Shown here one piece after another: positions 49,934 through 60,372 of a stretch of 64,000 nucleotides of DNA. The notes below the pieces were generated by a model that was given only the letters and a program-made list of their open reading frames with translations, had not been told where the DNA came from and made no database searches. The position numbers and the translations under genes were made by a program. The stretch's first letter is position 1, and each line of letters begins with the position of its first letter. The stretch is from an uncultured Gemmataceae bacterium (GTDB lineage Bacteria; Planctomycetota; Planctomycetia; Gemmatales; Gemmataceae): contig CAVVPN010000003.1 of the NCBI GenBank assembly GCA_963750165.1, positions 384,001 through 448,000 of the forward strand, written 5' to 3'.

Positions 49934-52900
49934 TCACTTCTGCTCCGGGTGCAGACTCAGGCGCAACCCCGTGCCGGCGAAGCGCAGGTACAGCCCCCGC
50001 CCCGCGCCGCTGTGGACGACGCGCACCAGCACGCGGTTCCAGCCGGCGTTGAGCGGCACGGCCTTGACCAGATCCTGTTCCGCTGCGGGCGCGGGCTTGC
50101 CGTCAAAATCCGCCACCCGCTTGCCGTTCACCCAGAGGCGCAACGGCACCGGCCCACCCGGGTACAACTGCACCGTCTGCGGCTCCGGCGAGTATACGAA
50201 GGTCTGCGCGTACAGCGAGGCGTTCGGCGGCTTCACGTCGGCCCCGCCGAACAGCGGCCCCAGCTTCAGGTGGCCCGTGCCGTCGGTCTGTAGCTCTTGC
50301 CAGGCGAGCTTCTTGCCCTTGCCGGCCTCGTACTCCGCCTTGACGCTCGGGTCCTTCTCCGGTGGCCCAGGCTGGTCGAACGCTCCCTTCTTCGTGAAAT
50401 CGCCCGGGAACGGGCCAACCACCCAGTAGTCCAGCGCCATGCCGCGCAGTGCCTCCTGGGACTTGCGGTCCTTCAAAAACGCCACCAGGTCCAGGAACTG
50501 ACCGAACGTCAGATGCTTGACCACGTCGTCCGGCATCAGCGACTTCTTCGACACCACCAACGTGTCCAGATCCTTGGCGGCGATGCGCACGTCCTTGCCG
50601 TTGGCCTCGCGGATCACCACCGCGTCGGCGTTCTGCGACACCTTCAGGCCCGTGTAGACCTGGCCGCCTGTCGTGGTGGCAGTGTAGCTCTGATAACCCT
50701 CCTTGATCTCCTTGCTCGGTTCCAGAATCGCCTCCATGACCTTATCGACGGAATGCGTGTCCCAGACGCGCGTCAGGTCCGGGCCGACGTTGCCGCCGAC
50801 GCCCTCCAGTTGGTGGCACGTCCGGCACGCCAGCGCCTTGTGGCTGAGGTACAGTTCGCGGCCGCGCAGGACGTTCCCCTGACTGCGGACCAGCTCGCGC
50901 AACCGCGGCATGGCCGCGGGCGTCAGCGATACGCTCAGGCCGCCCTTCGTGACCTCCGTGAGCAGCTGGGCCAGCCTGGCGTTCTTGCCCGCGTGCTTGC
51001 GCAGCGCGTCCGCCACCTGGGCCAGCATTGCCGGCGGCAGCTTCTTCGCCAGGAACTTTTCCGCGACAATCTGTGCGCCCTGCGGCGTCGCGCCGAGCAC
51101 CAGCACCGCCTGTTCCTGCAACGCGGCCTCCCGATCCTCCAGCAGTGGCGCCGCGATTTTTTGCGCGAGCGATGCGTCGGTCGCGGCCAGTGCCCGCAGC
51201 GCTTCCTGCCGCAGCGTGGCGGTTTTTCCTTTATCTTCAACCAGCGCCTTCAGCGCCGGCAGGGCCGCCTTGCTCTTCAGCGCCCCCAGCGCCGCCACGA
51301 TGGCCAACCGCTCCTCCGCGGACCGCTCCCCGTCCGCCAGCCGCTGGATCAGCTGCGGCGCCGCCTTGGCGAAGCCGGTGTTGCCGATCACCTTCGTGGC
51401 CCCGATGCGCACCTGCGGCTCGGCGTCGTCGAGCAGTTCCGTCATCAGCGTCTCAACCTTTTCCCTGGCTACGGTGGCCCCCGAGGTCAGCACGGCGAGG
51501 CCGGCCAGCTTGACGGGTATCTGGTCCGCCAGCATCTTCTTTTCCTTGGCCGTTGTCGGCTTTTCCTTGGGCCGCGGCAGCGCCTTCAGGTAGTCGATCA
51601 CCGGCTCAACCGACAGCGGCGGGTCGAGCTGATAGTTGACGTAGGAGTGCAGCAGTTCCGCCCGCTGCCCCGGTGTCAGGTGGTAGCTCTTGAGCAGCGT
51701 CGGCAGCGCCTGCGCGGCGGGCCGCGTCCGCAGCGTCAGGAACGACTCCACCACCTTGTTCAGGTCGCGCTCGTCGCCGGTGTCGGTCAGTGTTAGCAAC
51801 TTGTCCATGCCGGCCTTGCCCAGGTTCTCGATGGCCCGCACCAGGCCGTCGCGCAGGTAAGCGTCCTTGCCGTCGTCGAAGGTCAGGGCGTTCACCAGCG
51901 CGTCGGCGGCGCCCGTCGCGCCGACATGGCCGATGGCCAGGAACACCGCCCGCCGGGCCGCCTTATCCGTGTCGTTGAGGTTCTGCACCAGCGCCTCATG
52001 CACGTCCTTGTCGCCGCGCCGGGCGTTCAGCGCCAGCGCGTCGGCGGCCAGCCGGCGCATGTCCGGCCCCGGGTCGCGCAGCAGCTTCGTCACCACCTTG
52101 GACACGTTCTCGTCCCACATCGACTGCAGCGCGCCCAGCGCCGCGAACCGGGCCACGTCGAGCTGCTTCTCGTCTTTCAGCAGCCTGAGCAGGGCAGGCC
52201 GTAGCTTTTCGCCGCGCTTCACTGCTTCAGTAGCCGCCCGCTGGCGATCCGAAAAATCCGCGCGGGCGAATGCCTTGAGCAGATCGTCGTCCGTCAGCTT
52301 CGTGATCTTCTCCCAGCTGTCCAGGTCACGCCGCTCCAGCTTCGGGGACTGCTCGGTGCCCTCCCAGGTGAGGCGGTAAATGCGGCCGTGCTGGCCGTCG
52401 CCCCACAGCTTGCCTGCCCCGCCGGAGTCCGTGCGCCAGTCGCAGACGTACATGGCGCCGTCCGGCCCCAGCACCATCTGGCACGGCCGGAACAGCGGAT
52501 CGTCGCTCTTGATGAACTCGAACTCGTGCGTCACCACGAAGCTCGCGCCCCTGGGCGTCACCTGGTAAGCGCGGACCACCCGGCGGAACACATCCGGGTA
52601 GTAGAGCAGGCCGCGGAACGCCTCGGGGAAGCGCGTGTCGTTGTAGATGAGCAGACCGGCGGGCGAACCGCGGCCGGTCTTGAGCAGCGGCGCCATCTTG
52701 CCGGGCAGTTCGCCGGCGACGGCGCTGCGCACGAAATCCGGCTTGCAGCAGCGCGCCCCGATGAACAGCCGCCAGCCGAAGTCCGCCCCCTCCGGCACGT
52801 GCATCAGCCGGCAGCCCGTCCACTTGGAGCCGTCCTCGTTGTCGTTATCGACGTGGAACATGTTGAACGCGGTGTCGAACGCCACGTCGCGGTACGGATT

Positions 52901-53671
52901 GCGGAAGCCGAGCGCGTAGGTGTGCAGCTTCGAGCCGTCCGGCCGGCAGCGGAAGATGGCGCCGGTGCGCAGCACGTTGGCCCGGCTGCCATCGGAGCCC
53001 TCGACGAAGTTGTCGTCGTCGCCGCTGGTGACGTACAGCCAACCGTCGTTGCCGATCGTCAGGCCGGACACCTGATGATGATGGAAGCCGCAAAAACCCT
53101 GGGCGATGACCTCCTTCTTGCCGACGGGGCCGTCCGGTTTGGGCAGCGCGTAGCGGCGCACGGTCCCCTGGCCGGTCAGGTACAGCCAGCCGTTGTGGAT
53201 GAGGATGCTGGACGGCAGCTCATCTTCAAGGATCACCCTGGCCTTGTCATAGACGCCCTTGGCGGCGTTGTACTCCAGGATTTTGACGTGGTCCTTGACG
53301 GGCTTTTTCATGATGGCGACCTTTTTCTTGGTGCCATCCTTGTAGGTGAAAATGACGTAGGACTCGGGGAAGTTGACGCCCTGCGCGGGCAGCCATTCGA
53401 GGACGTACAGGGTGCCGTCGGGGCCGAAGGTCATGCCGACCGGGTTGGTCACGATAGGGTGGTCAGCGACGATCTCCATCTTGACGCCCGCGGGCGTGCG
53501 GTAGCCCTTGAGTCGTGGGTCGTATTTGCCCTGGTCGATGAATCGCAAACCCTCGGGCTGTGGCCTGGGCGGCGATTGTTGATAATTGAGATCGATTTTT
53601 TGCTGACCGGCGAGCGGCGCCAGGGTCAGGGCGAACAGTGCGGCCGTCAGGCCGGGAATGAACCACTTCAC
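49934..53671 (-). CDS. PVC-type heme-binding CxxCH protein (sorbosone-dehydrogenase-like propeller, HEAT repeats, cytochrome c)
   Basis: Signal peptide, GFRNPY, FRPC, HEAT repeats, CRTCH, VGPDL, SLMPD. Confidence 0.92.
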   Translation of the reverse strand: MKWFIPGLTAALFALTLAPLAGQQKIDLNYQQSPPRPQPEGLRFIDQGKYDPRLKGYRTPAGVKMEIVADHPIVTNPVGMTFGPDGTLYVLEWLPAQGVNFPESYVIFTYKDGTKKKVAIMKKPVKDHVKILEYNAAKGVYDKARVILEDELPSSILIHNGWLYLTGQGTVRRYALPKPDGPVGKKEVIAQGFCGFHHHQVSGLTIGNDGWLYVTSGDDDNFVEGSDGSRANVLRTGAIFRCRPDGSKLHTYALGFRNPYRDVAFDTAFNMFHVDNDNEDGSKWTGCRLMHVPEGADFGWRLFIGARCCKPDFVRSAVAGELPGKMAPLLKTGRGSPAGLLIYNDTRFPEAFRGLLYYPDVFRRVVRAYQVTPRGASFVVTHEFEFIKSDDPLFRPCQMVLGPDGAMYVCDWRTDSGGAGKLWGDGQHGRIYRLTWEGTEQSPKLERRDLDSWEKITKLTDDDLLKAFARADFSDRQRAATEAVKRGEKLRPALLRLLKDEKQLDVARFAALGALQSMWDENVSKVVTKLLRDPGPDMRRLAADALALNARRGDKDVHEALVQNLNDTDKAARRAVFLAIGHVGATGAADALVNALTFDDGKDAYLRDGLVRAIENLGKAGMDKLLTLTDTGDERDLNKVVESFLTLRTRPAAQALPTLLKSYHLTPGQRAELLHSYVNYQLDPPLSVEPVIDYLKALPRPKEKPTTAKEKKMLADQIPVKLAGLAVLTSGATVAREKVETLMTELLDDAEPQVRIGATKVIGNTGFAKAAPQLIQRLADGERSAEERLAIVAALGALKSKAALPALKALVEDKGKTATLRQEALRALAATDASLAQKIAAPLLEDREAALQEQAVLVLGATPQGAQIVAEKFLAKKLPPAMLAQVADALRKHAGKNARLAQLLTEVTKGGLSVSLTPAAMPRLRELVRSQGNVLRGRELYLSHKALACRTCHQLEGVGGNVGPDLTRVWDTHSVDKVMEAILEPSKEIKEGYQSYTATTTGGQVYTGLKVSQNADAVVIREANGKDVRIAAKDLDTLVVSKKSLMPDDVVKHLTFGQFLDLVAFLKDRKSQEALRGMALDYWVVGPFPGDFTKKGAFDQPGPPEKDPSVKAEYEAGKGKKLAWQELQTDGTGHLKLGPLFGGADVKPPNASLYAQTFVYSPEPQTVQLYPGGPVPLRLWVNGKRVADFDGKPAPAAEQDLVKAVPLNAGWNRVLVRVVHSGAGRGLYLRFAGTGLRLSLHPEQK

Positions 53672-53909
53672 GCGCAGAACCTCCTTCGTTCGGGATCGCG
53701 GGCGGGGGTACTCTCAAGGGTAGCGTGCGGCATGGCGAGAGGGGAGGGGAAATCGCCGCGGATCTGCGCGGCGCAGCCGTTACATCCGGGCCGCCGCGCA
53801 CTGATCGGGACGGTTCCGGTCGAAGAGGACTCATTGCCGTGGGGCACCGCGGCCGAAAAGAGAGAAGCACGACCATTCTGCCTTGATCCGACCACCTGGA
53901 GAGACACCC

Positions 53910-54964
53910 ATGCTGCGGACGGCCTGCCTCGGGGCCCTGTTGCTGCTCACCCTGTCCGCCGGGCCGGCGGCGGCGAGCTGGCCCAGCGTCAACCTGAACC
54001 GGTTGAACAACCGTCTGGCCGGCCGGGTCATCGATCACACCAACAACCACGGCGCCGACCGCCGCATCTGGTCGCTCACGTTGCAGGATCGCCGCGCCCT
54101 GTATGTTTACCTGCCGCCCGGCTACGACCCCTGCAAGCGCTACCCGGCGCTGCTGTGGCTGCACGGCATCAACCAGGACGAGCAGGACTTCCTGCAGCGC
54201 GGCTGGATGGAGGCCTTCGACTCGGCCATCGCCTGCGGCCGGCTGCCGCCGACGATCATTGTCGTGCCGGACGGCTCCAAGCGCGGCCGCGGCACCCTGT
54301 TCGGCCCCAATCCGCTGTTCCTCAACAGCGACGTGGGGCCGTTTGAAGACTACCTCATCCGCGACATCTGGTGTTTCGTGCGCAGCCAGTACCCGATCCG
54401 GCCGGAGCGCGGGCGCACGTGGTCGGCGGGTTCTCCGGCGGCGGCGGGGCGGCATTCCGCATCGGCATCAAGTACCGGCCGGAGTTCGGCGTCGCCTTCG
54501 GCATGCTGCCGCCGCTCAACATCCGCTGGGTGGATTGCCACGGCCGCTACAGGGCACCTTTTGACCCGAACTGCTGGGGCTGGCGCACGGAACTCCGCAG
54601 CGGTCTGGAGCCGGTGGGGCGGTTTTACGGCATCGTGACCGTCCGGGTCAGGTCGTTGATCTTGCCGTTGTACGGCCGCGGGCCGGAGGCGATTGAGCAG
54701 CTGAGCCGCGAGAACCCCATCGAGATGCTGGACATGTACCGCGTGCGGCCGGGCGAGTTGGCGATGTACGCCGCCTACGGCGGCCGCGATCAATTCAATA
54801 TCAAGGCCCAGGTGGAGAGTTTTCTGTACCGGGCGCACGAACGCGGGCTGGCGGTGGGCGTCGGCTACGACCCGCGCGGCCGGCACGACTCCCCGACGGC
54901 ACTGCGGTTGCTGCCGGGGCTGATCGACTGGCTGGCGCCGCAGCTGGCGCCGTTCCGAGAATAA
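53910..54964 (+). CDS. Secreted esterase (alpha/beta hydrolase); frameshift near 54412
   Basis: YVYLPPGYD, WLHG, GFSGGG elbow in the second frame, GRHD. Confidence 0.85.
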
Positions 54965-55064
54965 GGAGGCGCCGAACAACAACTTCCAAGAGTAGGACGG
55001 CTCTCCAGAGCCGTCGGGACGGCTCTGGAGAGCCGTCCTACGAAGTTGTTGTTCGGCGCCTCCT
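54964..55064. repeat. Nested palindrome: REP family-2 doublet (54992-55041) inside 23-bp outer arms
   Basis: AGGAGGCGCCGAACAACAACTTC ... GAAGTTGTTGTTCGGCGCCTCCT. Confidence 0.88.
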
Positions 55065-55067
55065 AAG

Positions 55068-55148
55068 AATCCACAGATGGCACAGATAACACAGATAAAG
55101 ATAAATAAAGCAATTTGAATTTATCTTTATCTGTGCCATCTGTGGATT
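55068..55148. repeat. AT-rich inverted repeat with CACAGAT units
   Basis: AATCCACAGATGGCACAGATAA...TTATCTGTGCCATCTGTGGATT; same family as 19596-19680. Confidence 0.85.
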
Positions 55149-55150
55149 GA

Positions 55151-57027
55151 TTATTTGATGGGTCGCCACACCGGCAGGCTGACGTGCGACGGGAACTGCG
55201 GCGCCCGGAAGACGCGCTGCCGGGCTGGCTGGAAGTCGGTGTCGCGCCCGCGAAGATGTTGGGCACGTACTTCTGCGGGTTGCGGTCGATCAACGGGAAC
55301 CAGGTACTGCACACCTGCACCATGATCCGGTGCCCCTTGCGGAAGCAGTGATGGCTCCAGTGCAGGTCAATCGTGTACTCGGTCACCTGGTTGGGCACCA
55401 CCGGCTCGGGCTTTTCGAAGCTCTTGCGGAACCGTGCCCGGAACACCTCGTTGCTGACCATTAATTGATAGCCGCTCATCGTCGGATCCTTCGCGTACTG
55501 CTCCGGGTACACGTCGATGACCTTGACGATCCAGTCGCAATCGCTGCCCGTGGTCGCGGCGAACAGGTGCGCGACGATGGGGCCGGCGACCGTCACGTCC
55601 TCCGCGAGCGGCTCCGTCTCCCAGCTGAGCACGTCCGGCCGGTTGTGGGCGAAGCGCTGGTCCTGCACCAGCCAGTCCGACCAGCCGGGGCCCTGGTAAG
55701 TCGCGATGATCGGCCGCGGGCGATACGGCACCGGTTTGGCCGGGTCCGAGATGTACGTGTCGAAGTTTTTCACCGGGCCGCCCGGCGGCGGGTCGAAGCC
55801 GGCCTTGCCGTCCGCCTGGAAATAGAGCTTGCGCGGCGTCAGACCCTGGCGCGGCGGCCAGCTGTCGTGGGCGACCCAGCGGTTGCTGCCGGTCTGGAAC
55901 ATCAGCGCCTCGGGCTGCTTCAACTCGCCCTTGTCCTTCAGGTAGTGCGCGAACCACTTCGCCTGCACCTGGTCGCGGAAGTAGGTGCCGGTGTCGCTGT
56001 CGAAGGCGATGCGGCCCAGGAAGCGGCCGGGGCCGCCTGACCAGCCGCCGTGATTCCACGGGCCGACCACCAGGAAATTCTTGTTCGGTTTGTCGTGCTT
56101 CTCCAGCGTCTCGTAGACCTTCAACGGCCCGTAAAAATCCTCCTGGTCCCACCAGCCCGCGACGTTCAGCGTCGGCACCGTCACCTTCGTCAGATACGGG
56201 GCCGCCGCCTGCTTTTGCCAGAATCGGTCGTAGTTCGGGTGGGCCACGTAGTCATTCCACGTCGGCAGTTTGCCCTTGAGCACCCGGGCGTTGACGTTGG
56301 CCAGCGAACCGAGTCGCAGATACCACTCGTAGGTGTCACGGCGGTCGAACTTGAACAGGGTGCTAACCTTGTTGGTCTCCATCATGGCGGCGTACTCGAA
56401 GCCGTAGCTCAGGCGGAAGGCGCCGTTGTGGTGGAAGTCGTCGCCGAGGAACATGTCGGCAGGCGGCGCCTGCGGCGAGACGGCCTTGAGCGCCGGGTGC
56501 GGCTCCAGCGCCGCCATCACCGTCAGCCAGCCGGGGTACGAGATGCCGAGCATGCCGGCGCGGCCGTTGTTGTTCGGCACATTCTTCACCACCCATTCCA
56601 GCGTGTCGTAAGCGTCGGTGCCCTCGTCGATGGCCTTCGGGTTCTTCCTGTCCGCGCACGGCGCCCGCATCATGACGAACTGACCCTCCGACTTGTAGCG
56701 GCCGCGGATGTCCTGGAAGACGAAGACGTAACCCTCCGTCGCCAGGGCTTTCAGGTAGGAGAGCAGTTGCCCGGCGCTACCGTCCGCGCTGTAGGGCGTG
56801 CGCTCCAGGATGATCGGCAACGGCTCCTTGGCGTCCTTGGGCGTCCAGACGGTCGTGTACAGCTTGACGCCGTCGCGCATGGGCACCATTGCGGAGGTCA
56901 CGGTGTAGCCCGCGAGGGTTTTGCCGGGCTGGGCGGCGGCGGGCACGGCGGGGGCCGGCGGCAGGCAGGGCACGACCGCGGCGAGGAGCAGGAACGACCA
57001 GATGGCGACGCGGGGGCTCGGTTTCAC
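55151..57027 (-). CDS. CocE/NonD family hydrolase (glutaryl-7-ACA acylase/alpha-amino acid ester hydrolase-like); frameshift near 55248
   Basis: MRDGVKL, RTPY, QDIRGR, GISYPG, GWWDQED, GPWNHG; corrected end ...PSHVSLPVWRPIK*. Confidence 0.92.
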
Positions 57028-57091
57028 GGTGGACTCCGGGGGTCGGGTAATTCGGTGAGCCAGGGCGGCCAGGGGAGAGCGGGCATTCGCC

Positions 57092-57119
57092 AGCGTAGCG
57101 GCGGGAGAGCGGAAGTCAA
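57092..57119 (-). promoter_or_regulatory. Predicted promoter TTGACT-N16-TACGCT
   Basis: 64 bp upstream of the CocE GTG. Confidence 0.6.
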
Positions 57120-57269
57120 TCGGCAAGCGCGATTCCACCTCGACCACGCCGCCGCCTGGCCTTGTGCGGGCACTCCCGATTCCGTAAGGAGATCGCGGCG
57201 CTAGCGGGGTCCACAGCCCAGACTGCCATGGTGGCGGCGGGCGCCCCGGCTCTGGCAGGAGGTTCGGCC

Positions 57270-58352
57270 ATGGGGTTCGCGCAGGTCAAGATGACGGCGG
57301 CAGTGTTGCTGCTGGTGGGGATCGGCGGCGGCAGGTTGGTCAGCTACCCGGCACTGGGACAGGGCATGACGGACGCCGGCGCGATGCCGGTGGTGAAGGA
57401 CGAATTATCCCGGAACATCACGCCGCTGCTCCCCGAGGATTATGAACCCTCGGAGCGCGATTATCCGGATCGGGCCGCCATGCTGCGGGCGCTGCCTCGC
57501 AATGACCCCGGCATTCCCGGGGTCTACGAAGTTTTGCGCGATGATTTCGAGTTCAGCGTGGAGTGCATCGTCAACAAACTGCACCCGCCGCGCTTCTACC
57601 CGCTGGTCGGCCCGGCGCGGCTGCGCAACCTGCACTACAAGTGCGTCGTCTGCTACACCGAAACTATCACGTACAGCTTCTTGTTCCCGTTCGAGGTCAA
57701 GCGGCGCCGCGCCGAGACGCTATACATCGACCGCGACTGCCTGCACCTCGTCGCCAACCCGCCAGCGCCGACCGAGACTCCGAAGGTCACACTGCCGCCT
57801 TACACCGTCGCCCCGCCGGACATTTTGCAGATTAACGCAACGGTCTGCCTGAAGAAGCATCCCGTCTTCGGGCCGCATCTGGTGCGGCCGGACGGCACCG
57901 TGAGCATCGGGGCCTACGGCGCGGCCTACGTCGCTGGGCTCACCCTGGACGAGGCCAAGCAGGCCATCGCCCGCGTCATTTACGCCCGGCTCAACCAGAA
58001 GAAAAAGACTCTGGAGGACGTGATTGCGGGCTTGAGCGTGGACGTGGCAGCCTACAACAGCAGCGTCTATTACGTCATCACGGATCGGGTCGGCTTCGGC
58101 GAGATCGTGGTGCGGTTGCCGATCACCGACGACGAGACGGTTTTGGACGCGGTCAGCAAGATCGACGGTGTGCCGGCGGTAGCGTCGAAGTGCCGCATCT
58201 GGGTGGCGCGGCGCGACCCCGACAATCACAAGGAAATCGTCCTGCCGGTGGACTGGCGGGCCATCACGCAGCGCGGCGTGACGGCCACCAACTACCAGCT
58301 GCTCCCCGGCGACCGGGTCTATCTGAAGATCGACAAGGCGACGGGAAGGTGA
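57270..58352 (+). CDS. Polysaccharide export (Wza/SLBB-type) protein with an extra N-terminal domain
   Basis: YTVAPPDIL, VRPDGTVSIG, GLTLDEA, ETVLDA, NYQLLPGDRVY; start codon uncertain. Confidence 0.82.
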   Translation: MGFAQVKMTAAVLLLVGIGGGRLVSYPALGQGMTDAGAMPVVKDELSRNITPLLPEDYEPSERDYPDRAAMLRALPRNDPGIPGVYEVLRDDFEFSVECIVNKLHPPRFYPLVGPARLRNLHYKCVVCYTETITYSFLFPFEVKRRRAETLYIDRDCLHLVANPPAPTETPKVTLPPYTVAPPDILQINATVCLKKHPVFGPHLVRPDGTVSIGAYGAAYVAGLTLDEAKQAIARVIYARLNQKKKTLEDVIAGLSVDVAAYNSSVYYVITDRVGFGEIVVRLPITDDETVLDAVSKIDGVPAVASKCRIWVARRDPDNHKEIVLPVDWRAITQRGVTATNYQLLPGDRVYLKIDKATGR

Positions 58353-58385
58353 AGCGCTAAGGGCGTTCGGAAGCAATGAACGCCG

Positions 58386-58463
58386 CCGAGCCGCGCACGG
58401 AGCGTACTCGCGGAGTAAGCGACCGCCCGCTTACTGCGCGAGTACGCTCCGTGCGCGGCTCGG
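58386..58463. repeat. Long intergenic palindrome
   Basis: CCGAGCCGCGCACGGAGCGTACTCGCG...CGCGAGTACGCTCCGTGCGCGGCTCGG. Confidence 0.85.
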
Positions 58464-58491
58464 ACGAATCGTCTTGGTTTCCGAACGCACG

Positions 58492-58551
58492 AAGCCGCAA
58501 GCGGCAGAACAGCAATGAGGGCGCGTCATCCCCGTTCTGCCGCTTGCGGCT
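58492..58551. repeat. Palindrome doublet AAGCCGCAAGCGGCAGAAC/GTTCTGCCGCTTGCGGCTT
   Basis: 19-bp arms; solo half at 11921. Confidence 0.8.
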
Positions 58552-58575
58552 TGGCGTTCTACCGCTCGCGAACGC

Positions 58576-59835
58576 TCAGGAGCCCGGGCCAGTGACGTTG
58601 AGCAATTCGAGGAAGTCGAAGTCCGTGTACGTTCCGCCCGACGCCACGTGGACGTTGGAGATGGTGCCGGTGTCCGCCTCGGCCTGGGTCGCCGTGGCCT
58701 CGGCCGCCGGCACGGACGACTGTTCGTTGACGTAACCGAACACCGACACGGTCACCGTGTAGGTGCCCGGCAGCACGTTGGCGAAGCTGTAATTGCCCGA
58801 ACCGTCCGTGATGGTCGAAACGTTCACCGTGTGGCCCGTGGAGTCCATACCCACCAGCGTCACGGTCGCCGAATCCACCCCGGACTCGTTGGCGTTGATG
58901 GTGTCGCTGCCATCGTCCTGGAAGACGTTGCCGGACAGCGTGGCCGGCACGACCGGCGGCGGCGCCTGGCCGCCGATGTCCTGGCTCAGCAGCCGGTCCT
59001 GGGCGGTGTAATTGAGGTCGCTGGGCGCCGGGCTGAGATTGGTGATCGGCGCGCCGACGACGAAGTCCACCTGGTAGAAGTTGTTCGGCATCTGGATCGA
59101 CAGCGTGTGCTGGCCCGGGCCGAACGTGTCGGTCGCGACCGTGGTGAGGACCGGGTTGTTCGCGTAGGGGCCGACGGCCCTGGGGTTCGCCGGGGGGGAA
59201 GTTGTGTAGGCGACCAGCGACAGCGTCACGTTGGCCCCATGGGCCACTGTGAAGTGGGCCGTCACCGTGTCGCCGGCCTTGGTGTTGCCCCTGAGGTTGC
59301 CGTAGGTGTGCGTGCCACTGGCGTCCGTGACCGTGAAGCTCACCCTGGTCACGGCCTGGCGATTCAGCAGGTTGAAGTTGGCAAAATCATTGCCGGTGAC
59401 GCTCTGGCCCTGGGTCAGGTTGTCGGCGTAGCCCGGCGTCGAGGCGGGCATGGTGCGCACGGAGTTGAACGACGCGAACTCACGCACGAAATACGTGCCC
59501 GGGGCCAGGCCGTTGAAACTGTAGGCGCCGGTGGCGTCGGTAGTCTTCGCGGCCATCAGGCGGTCGCCGCCGTCCAGCACGCCGTCATGGTTGGTGTCCG
59601 CGACCAGGAACACCGGGACGCCACTCTCGCCGGCGCCCAGCGAGGCGGCGCCGTTGCCCGTCGTATCGACGAACACGTGGCCGCTGATGCTGCCGGTGGC
59701 CGGCGCGACGATGTTGGCCGGCACGCGCCGCTCCTCCAGGTTTTCCACGACCGGGCGGAAGGCGGACTTTTTGCTCACCGGGGCGTCAGTCTTTCCCCAC
59801 AGGCGGGCCAGAAGGGTTCCGAAAACGCGAGACAT
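58576..59835 (-). CDS. Extracellular SdrD-B-like domain protein, paralog 1
   Basis: FRPVVENLEERRVPA planctomycete export motif; ISGHVFVD, TDATGAYSF, PGTY; ends FLE...GPGS. Confidence 0.88.
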   Translation of the reverse strand: MSRVFGTLLARLWGKTDAPVSKKSAFRPVVENLEERRVPANIVAPATGSISGHVFVDTTGNGAASLGAGESGVPVFLVADTNHDGVLDGGDRLMAAKTTDATGAYSFNGLAPGTYFVREFASFNSVRTMPASTPGYADNLTQGQSVTGNDFANFNLLNRQAVTRVSFTVTDASGTHTYGNLRGNTKAGDTVTAHFTVAHGANVTLSLVAYTTSPPANPRAVGPYANNPVLTTVATDTFGPGQHTLSIQMPNNFYQVDFVVGAPITNLSPAPSDLNYTAQDRLLSQDIGGQAPPPVVPATLSGNVFQDDGSDTINANESGVDSATVTLVGMDSTGHTVNVSTITDGSGNYSFANVLPGTYTVTVSVFGYVNEQSSVPAAEATATQAEADTGTISNVHVASGGTYTDFDFLELLNVTGPGS

Positions 59836-59880
59836 GATAAGGGCTCCTCTGTTGGTGATGTGAGGGGGCGGGCCGTTGTT

Positions 59881-59908
59881 AACGTAGCTTACGCATCTTG
59901 TTTGTCAA
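59881..59908 (-). promoter_or_regulatory. Predicted promoter TTGACA-N16-TACGTT (paralog 1)
   Basis: 45 bp upstream of ATG 59835. Confidence 0.7.
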
Positions 59909-59937
59909 CTAACTTACTTATCCAGTTTGCCAAAATA

Positions 59938-60261
59938 CTAACGGCTTCTTCTGGCAAATGAACCCGGTACCTGCCCCGAGCAGTTACCGAGGTTGGTTCG
60001 GAGCACGGCCCCGAATGTCACGAGCACGGTTGGGCGGCCGACGCCAGCAAGTAGCGGCTGACGGTGACCGGGTGCGCCGCTTGGGGTAGCGGAATGAATG
60101 ATGCCGACAAGGTTCGTGAAATCCCGGTCGCGGCCTCCGTCTGACGGCAACACGCTGCGGTTCGGGCGGTGCGCGCACCGAAAGGCGGGCCGCTTGCCCG
60201 CCAAAGCAGAGAGTTGATCGTTCTGCAGCCGCACCAGCAACGCTCGGACAATTCCGGACAT
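59938..60261 (-). pseudogene. Collapsed remnant of a fourth SdrD-like paralog
   Basis: MSGIVRALLVRLQ...KRPAFR resembles the paralog N-termini; DRDFTNL and QVPGSF echo GEDFANF and QLPGNY; own RBS and promoter. Confidence 0.6.
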
Positions 60262-60344
60262 TGGCCTCTCCATGTGCTCCGCGGCCGGGCCTTAACACAC
60301 CGAACGGGTGGTGCGTTCACGGGGCCCGGTCTTAGGTCGAGGGA

Positions 60345-60372
60345 ATCGTAGCTTAACCTCCGCGCTTGTCAA
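60345..60372 (-). promoter_or_regulatory. Predicted promoter TTGACA-N16-TACGAT (remnant copy)
   Basis: Preceded by TGTTAAC-N-TTT, as is the promoter at 63413-63440. Confidence 0.68.

Noticed and set aside
55063..55150. C-terminal tail of CocE (STDGTDKDKFKLLYLSLSV...)
   Set aside because: Read-through into the inverted repeat caused by the indel near 55248
59940..60340. Riboswitch or known ncRNA upstream of paralog 1
   Set aside because: No recognisable aptamer motif; better explained as a decayed paralog, though an Rfam search was not possible
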